From: Vitrella brassicaformis CCMP3155 | Taxonomy: Eukaryota > Protista > Chromerida | NCBI GenBank assembly: GCA_001179505.1 | Contig: CDMY01000466.1 | Span: 248,001-312,000 of the forward strand | Reading direction: 5' to 3' | DNA: 64,000 bases | Shown: positions 60,291 to 64,000 of the stretch, piece by piece | Numbering within the stretch: the first letter of the stretch is position 1 | How the letters are laid out: the number at the start of each line of letters is the position of its first letter | Notes under the pieces: generated by a model | What the model saw: only the letters and a program-made list of their open reading frames with translations | Told to the model about the DNA's origin: nothing | Database searches by the model: none | Program-made: the position numbers and the translations under genes

Positions 60291-63200
60291 TCAACACATA
60301 CACATCTTCTTCAGCTGGCCATCCATCTGAGCCAGCCTGTCATGTAGCCTATGAGCGTCGGCGGTTGCTGCGGGTGCTGCATTGTGTGGTCTGTCAGCAC
60401 CAGACGAGCGCGCGACGACCGGCCCCTGTTGGAGTGGGTGCGGGTGGCACGGCCCACGGGGGTGAGATGCTGATGCTTCCTCAAGGGCGTGTAAGGCGGG
60501 ACGCACGAGCGGACATGCTTGAGACCGATGAACACACGCGCAGGGTCGTCGGCATCCACTAGTATCACCATCTCGGCCTGACGTGAGTGAGAGAAGAAGG
60601 TGAGAAACAACATCTTGTTTCTGGAGGGGTGTGTCCCTGCCTGCCTGCCTGTGCGTGCGTCTGTCTGTGTAAGAGGTGAGTGACCTGACCTTGCACTGCT
60701 GCTGTGTGCTGTTGGGGTTGGTGATGATGACGGACACGTTGAGCTCGGGTGGGTGAGTGGAGAGGTCGCCCTTGAGCCAGTTGAGGGTCCAGCTGTTGAA
60801 CAGCGGCGACATCGGCATGCCCTCCAGCGACTCACCCGCCCACAGATTCAGCAGCTCGCTCGACTCCAACACTATCTCCTCCTGCACCGCACCAGCAATG
60901 ATCCCAATGGGGAGCGGCTTGTTCGTTCGTGTGTTCCTCCCGGTTTTGTTACCTGCACGTCAGCGATGATGCTTGCATCGAGAGTGGCGTCGGCGAGCCG
61001 GTCGAGGAGGTGCACACGCTGCTCTAGGTAAGCCGTGGTCCTCTTGCGATCCGTCACGTCCTGACGTGTGGACAGAGAAGCGTGGTGGACAATGCAACCA
61101 GGGCAGGGCAGGGCAGGGCCGGCTCGTGTGTGTCTCTCTCTCTCTGATGTGTACCGTATTGTACCTACCTGAATGTACCCGTACACGACGGTCGATGTGG
61201 GCGAGGATCGACGGCCGCCACAGCGGAAGAATCTCACCTCACCGTCAGCTCGCTCATACATAATCTGGACACACACACACATACACACACAGCGGCATGA
61301 GCATCGCCGACTGACGGCTCTCCGAGTGGGCACCTCCACCCACCTCCATCTCGTAGGGGTCTCCGTGATCGGCGCAGCGGATGATGGCCTCTTCAATTTT
61401 GACGCGATCAGCTCCTACCACATGCTGTGTCCAGAAGCCACTCAGACGTTTGTCGCGCACCCCGTCATCGACGAACGAAGCAACGGGCACGGGCGGCACC
61501 GAGATTGCCACATCCTCGGCGACGCCCTCCGCCTGCCCGACTACAGCCACTCCGCCCTGTTTCTTGGGCGATGCGACGTACTGGGCCATGCGGCTGTTGC
61601 CGGATGGGACACTGGCCACCGGCGTGGTGTTGCCCCCCGACTCGGTCGACGAAGACGGGGGCCCGCTGTTGTCGTCTTTGCTCGGTGCGCGCGTCTCAGA
61701 CAAGTCCTTGCTGATGGGAGGGGTGACGGTACGCGACACTGCTGTCTTGTCCTTGTGGACGCTGTAGCCTGTGCTGCTCACGCCCGTCAGGGAGGGAGGG
61801 GCCGCCAGCTTGAGGCGCGACAGTGGGTGGGAGGGGTACTTGAAGGCAGTTGAGGCGACCGACTTCTCCGATTTGGCCATGTCCGGAACGAGGGCCTGCT
61901 CGAGAGCACGGCGGGGGAAGGCGCCAGGGTGCTCCGATCCGCGGGAGCGACCGGTCAGAGCCTCGATCACACGCGTCTGAGATTCAACCACATCACACCA
62001 CATCCACCATGACGCAGGACGTGCGGTGCGCATGTGGTGGAGCTGGTTTGGTTTATGTGGGTCTGGTCACCCGCCCACCTGGTAGAAGTCGGTCTGGACG
62101 TTGCCCGCCGAGTCCCACTCCCTGCAGATAGTCACCACCACACAACACAACACCACATCACACCCTTGCTGTATGTCGGATGACTGACTGTCTGTCTTGT
62201 GCCGTAGGTACGTACCAAGCAGCGATGTCGACCATGTAAGCGAAAGACTCGAGCAGACGACGGCGCTGGCCCTTCTCACGGGCAACCTGACCAAGACCAA
62301 ACGGACAGACTGGTTGGCTGGTGTCTCCTGCCTGTGGTTGCTGCTAACCTTACCTTGTCCGTCTGGAACAAAGCGCTGCGATAGAAGTACTCCACTTGAC
62401 GTGAGGCGGCGATCATCAGAATGCCCACAACTGTACATAAAGAAAGAAAGGAAGAACGAGAAGCGCGACAGACAGAGAGGCACAGGAGAGACAGGTAGGT
62501 AAGAGGTGCGTTAGGCTGGGTCAGCTGGGTGTTGCGTGCGGTGCAGTGCGGTGCGCTCACTGGGGTAGAAGCAGGTGTAGATGGGCGACCCGAACACGTA
62601 ATTGGCCACGTATCTCAGCACTTGGTGGACGAGAATCAGCCACGACGTCGCGAACGAATCGCACCTGACATGCGCCACAGTCACCACCTGCCCAGCCCAG
62701 CCCAGCCCAGCCATGTGTGTGGTACTGACTTGAAGATCATGAAGGCCAGTGCAGCGACAGCGACGTTCTGAAATTCCGCAGCGACATAGTGCTCAAACTC
62801 GGGCTTCAGGATGATGATGCCAGGGACCTCTGGGTGCTCGGCCTCCTTCCACGCCATCAGCTGGCTGCTGCCGAACATGTCGCGAAGCTTGCCGATGAAG
62901 TGCACCTGGCTGCTCACAGCGACGCTCGTCGCAAGGAAAAAGCCGTACAACACGTACCTGGGGGACACACATCATGAGATGAGCCACACAGCAGAGCAGT
63001 GTGTCCGGGACTTTTGGTGCGTGTGTGTGCTGTGGTCTGGAGTGGTGTCACCATTCGACGCGATAGTAGGGCTGCAACACGTCGTCAAGCGTGGCCACGA
63101 GCCTGCTGGCGCTCCGGCCATCCGGGGAGCCCGTCCAGAGGTCGCTGTGGTCGCCTTTGGTCATGGCCATGCACAGGTACCAGCGGACGATCTGCTTGTG

Positions 63201-63715
63201 GAAGAGGCCGTAGAAGACCACGACGATGGACATGACCAGGGGCGTGCCGATGCGCGGCCAGAAGGCCTCGAGGCCGACGTTGGTCCACACATTCGTCTGA
63301 AGCTGGATGGCAAGGGCGATGGCGAAGCCGATTATCGCCAGGGACACAATCACGCCCAGGAGCTGGCCGGGGACACACACAAGCACAAGCACAGGAGCAT
63401 GACGGCAGAGTCTCAGTGCATTCTGCAGTGGTGCTTGCGCGTGTGCGTGTGTCGCATCAATCCACCCACCTTGGCGGTTTCTCTTGTGTCTTCCCTCTTG
63501 AGCTTCAGGTATTGTTTCTCGAGCTGCTGGTCTTTGAACCTCACCCGAGCCCACGGCAGGCAGGCCCACTCGCTCTCGCACCCGATCTGCGTCCACTGCG
63601 TACGCAGCGTCCGGGAGAACCTCGAGCAGTAGGCCCATGTGGATGGCGGCAGCACCATGTCGATGGCTGTGGCCAGCGGGGGAGGCGATGCGCTCTGCAT
63701 GCTGGCCTCCTTCAT
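60291..63715 (-). CDS. Six-TM membrane protein with PAS-PAC domain (interrupted) and second PAS-like domain, putative sensor
   Basis: Spliced product reads RVRFKDQQLEKQY, about 6 hydrophobic helices ending ASRQVEYFYRSALF, then RRRLLESFAYMVDIAAWEWDSAG, a low-complexity insert, QHVVGADRVKIEEAIIRCADHGDPYEME|IMYERADGEVRFFRCGG..VVYGYIQ|DVTDRKR (PAC), and LLDRLADATLDASIIADVQ|EEIV..AGESLEGMPMSPLF..EMVILVDADDPARVFIGLK. Start (63715 or 63805) and last exon are uncertain. Confidence 0.75.
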
Positions 63716-63764
63716 CTTGCAGCCAGCCAAGATCTGCGAGTCTGCGACCACCGTGGGAAATAAG

Positions 63765-63781
63765 CAGGGTTTGAAACCCTG
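63765..63781. promoter_or_regulatory. Palindromic CAGGGTTT-G-AAACCCTG element near the start of the PAS gene
   Basis: Perfect 8-bp inverted arms, 50 nt upstream of ATG 63715. Shares a 17-mer with the element at 29375-29391. Confidence 0.4.
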
Positions 63782-64000
63782 TACCCTTCCAGGTCGAAAA
63801 ACCATATGACCTCGGCTGGGGATGTGGAGAGCGAGTTGTGCACCCCAGCAGAGGTGGAAGTGAGAGGAAGGCCTACCGACGTCAGCTCAGGCTCGCTTAT
63901 CAGTGGATCGAGAGGGAGGCATTTCGTGGTGGAGGACGGGAAATAGATAGATATACAAGGCCGCATCGCATCGCACAGGTGGGCAGGCGAAAATGGAAAA

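Noticed and set aside
1-64000. Transposase, reverse transcriptase, rRNA, tRNA or spliced-leader genes
   Set aside because: No DDE, YxDD, rRNA-conserved, tRNA cloverleaf or dinoflagellate SL motifs were seen by eye. A tRNAscan-SE/Infernal run would be needed to exclude small RNAs formally.

Overview
Intron-dense, GC3-rich eukaryotic genomic DNA with short (about 75-110 nt) microsatellite-laden introns. A plastid-targeted red-lineage light-harvesting protein, an IFT dynein and the intron style suggest a chromerid alveolate, most likely Vitrella-like (inference, not verified). Gene models were assembled by hand from GT/GC-AG boundaries. Left to right: a 5'-truncated long coiled-coil protein with an HMMR/KIF15-type C-terminal motif, an LHC antenna protein, an AGPAT/LCLAT-type acyltransferase, NUP35/Nup53, VPS53, a large type-I membrane protein with at least 7 tandem ~150-aa repeats, an orphan gene, cytoplasmic dynein-2 heavy chain (~18 kb), an F-box-like/RCC1-repeat protein, a degenerate multicopy-family gene, thiD, a 300-N gap, a membrane-anchored GH16 glucanase with a PAN/apple-like module, and a 6TM-PAS/PAC-PAS protein with no visible output domain. 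I saw no rRNA, tRNA, CRISPR array or intact transposon. The most interesting signals are the 6TM-PAS-PAS sensor with a split bacterial-style PAS domain, the two surface proteins, a transcript-oriented CA-then-TG repeat polarity in introns, and a shared palindromic upstream motif.
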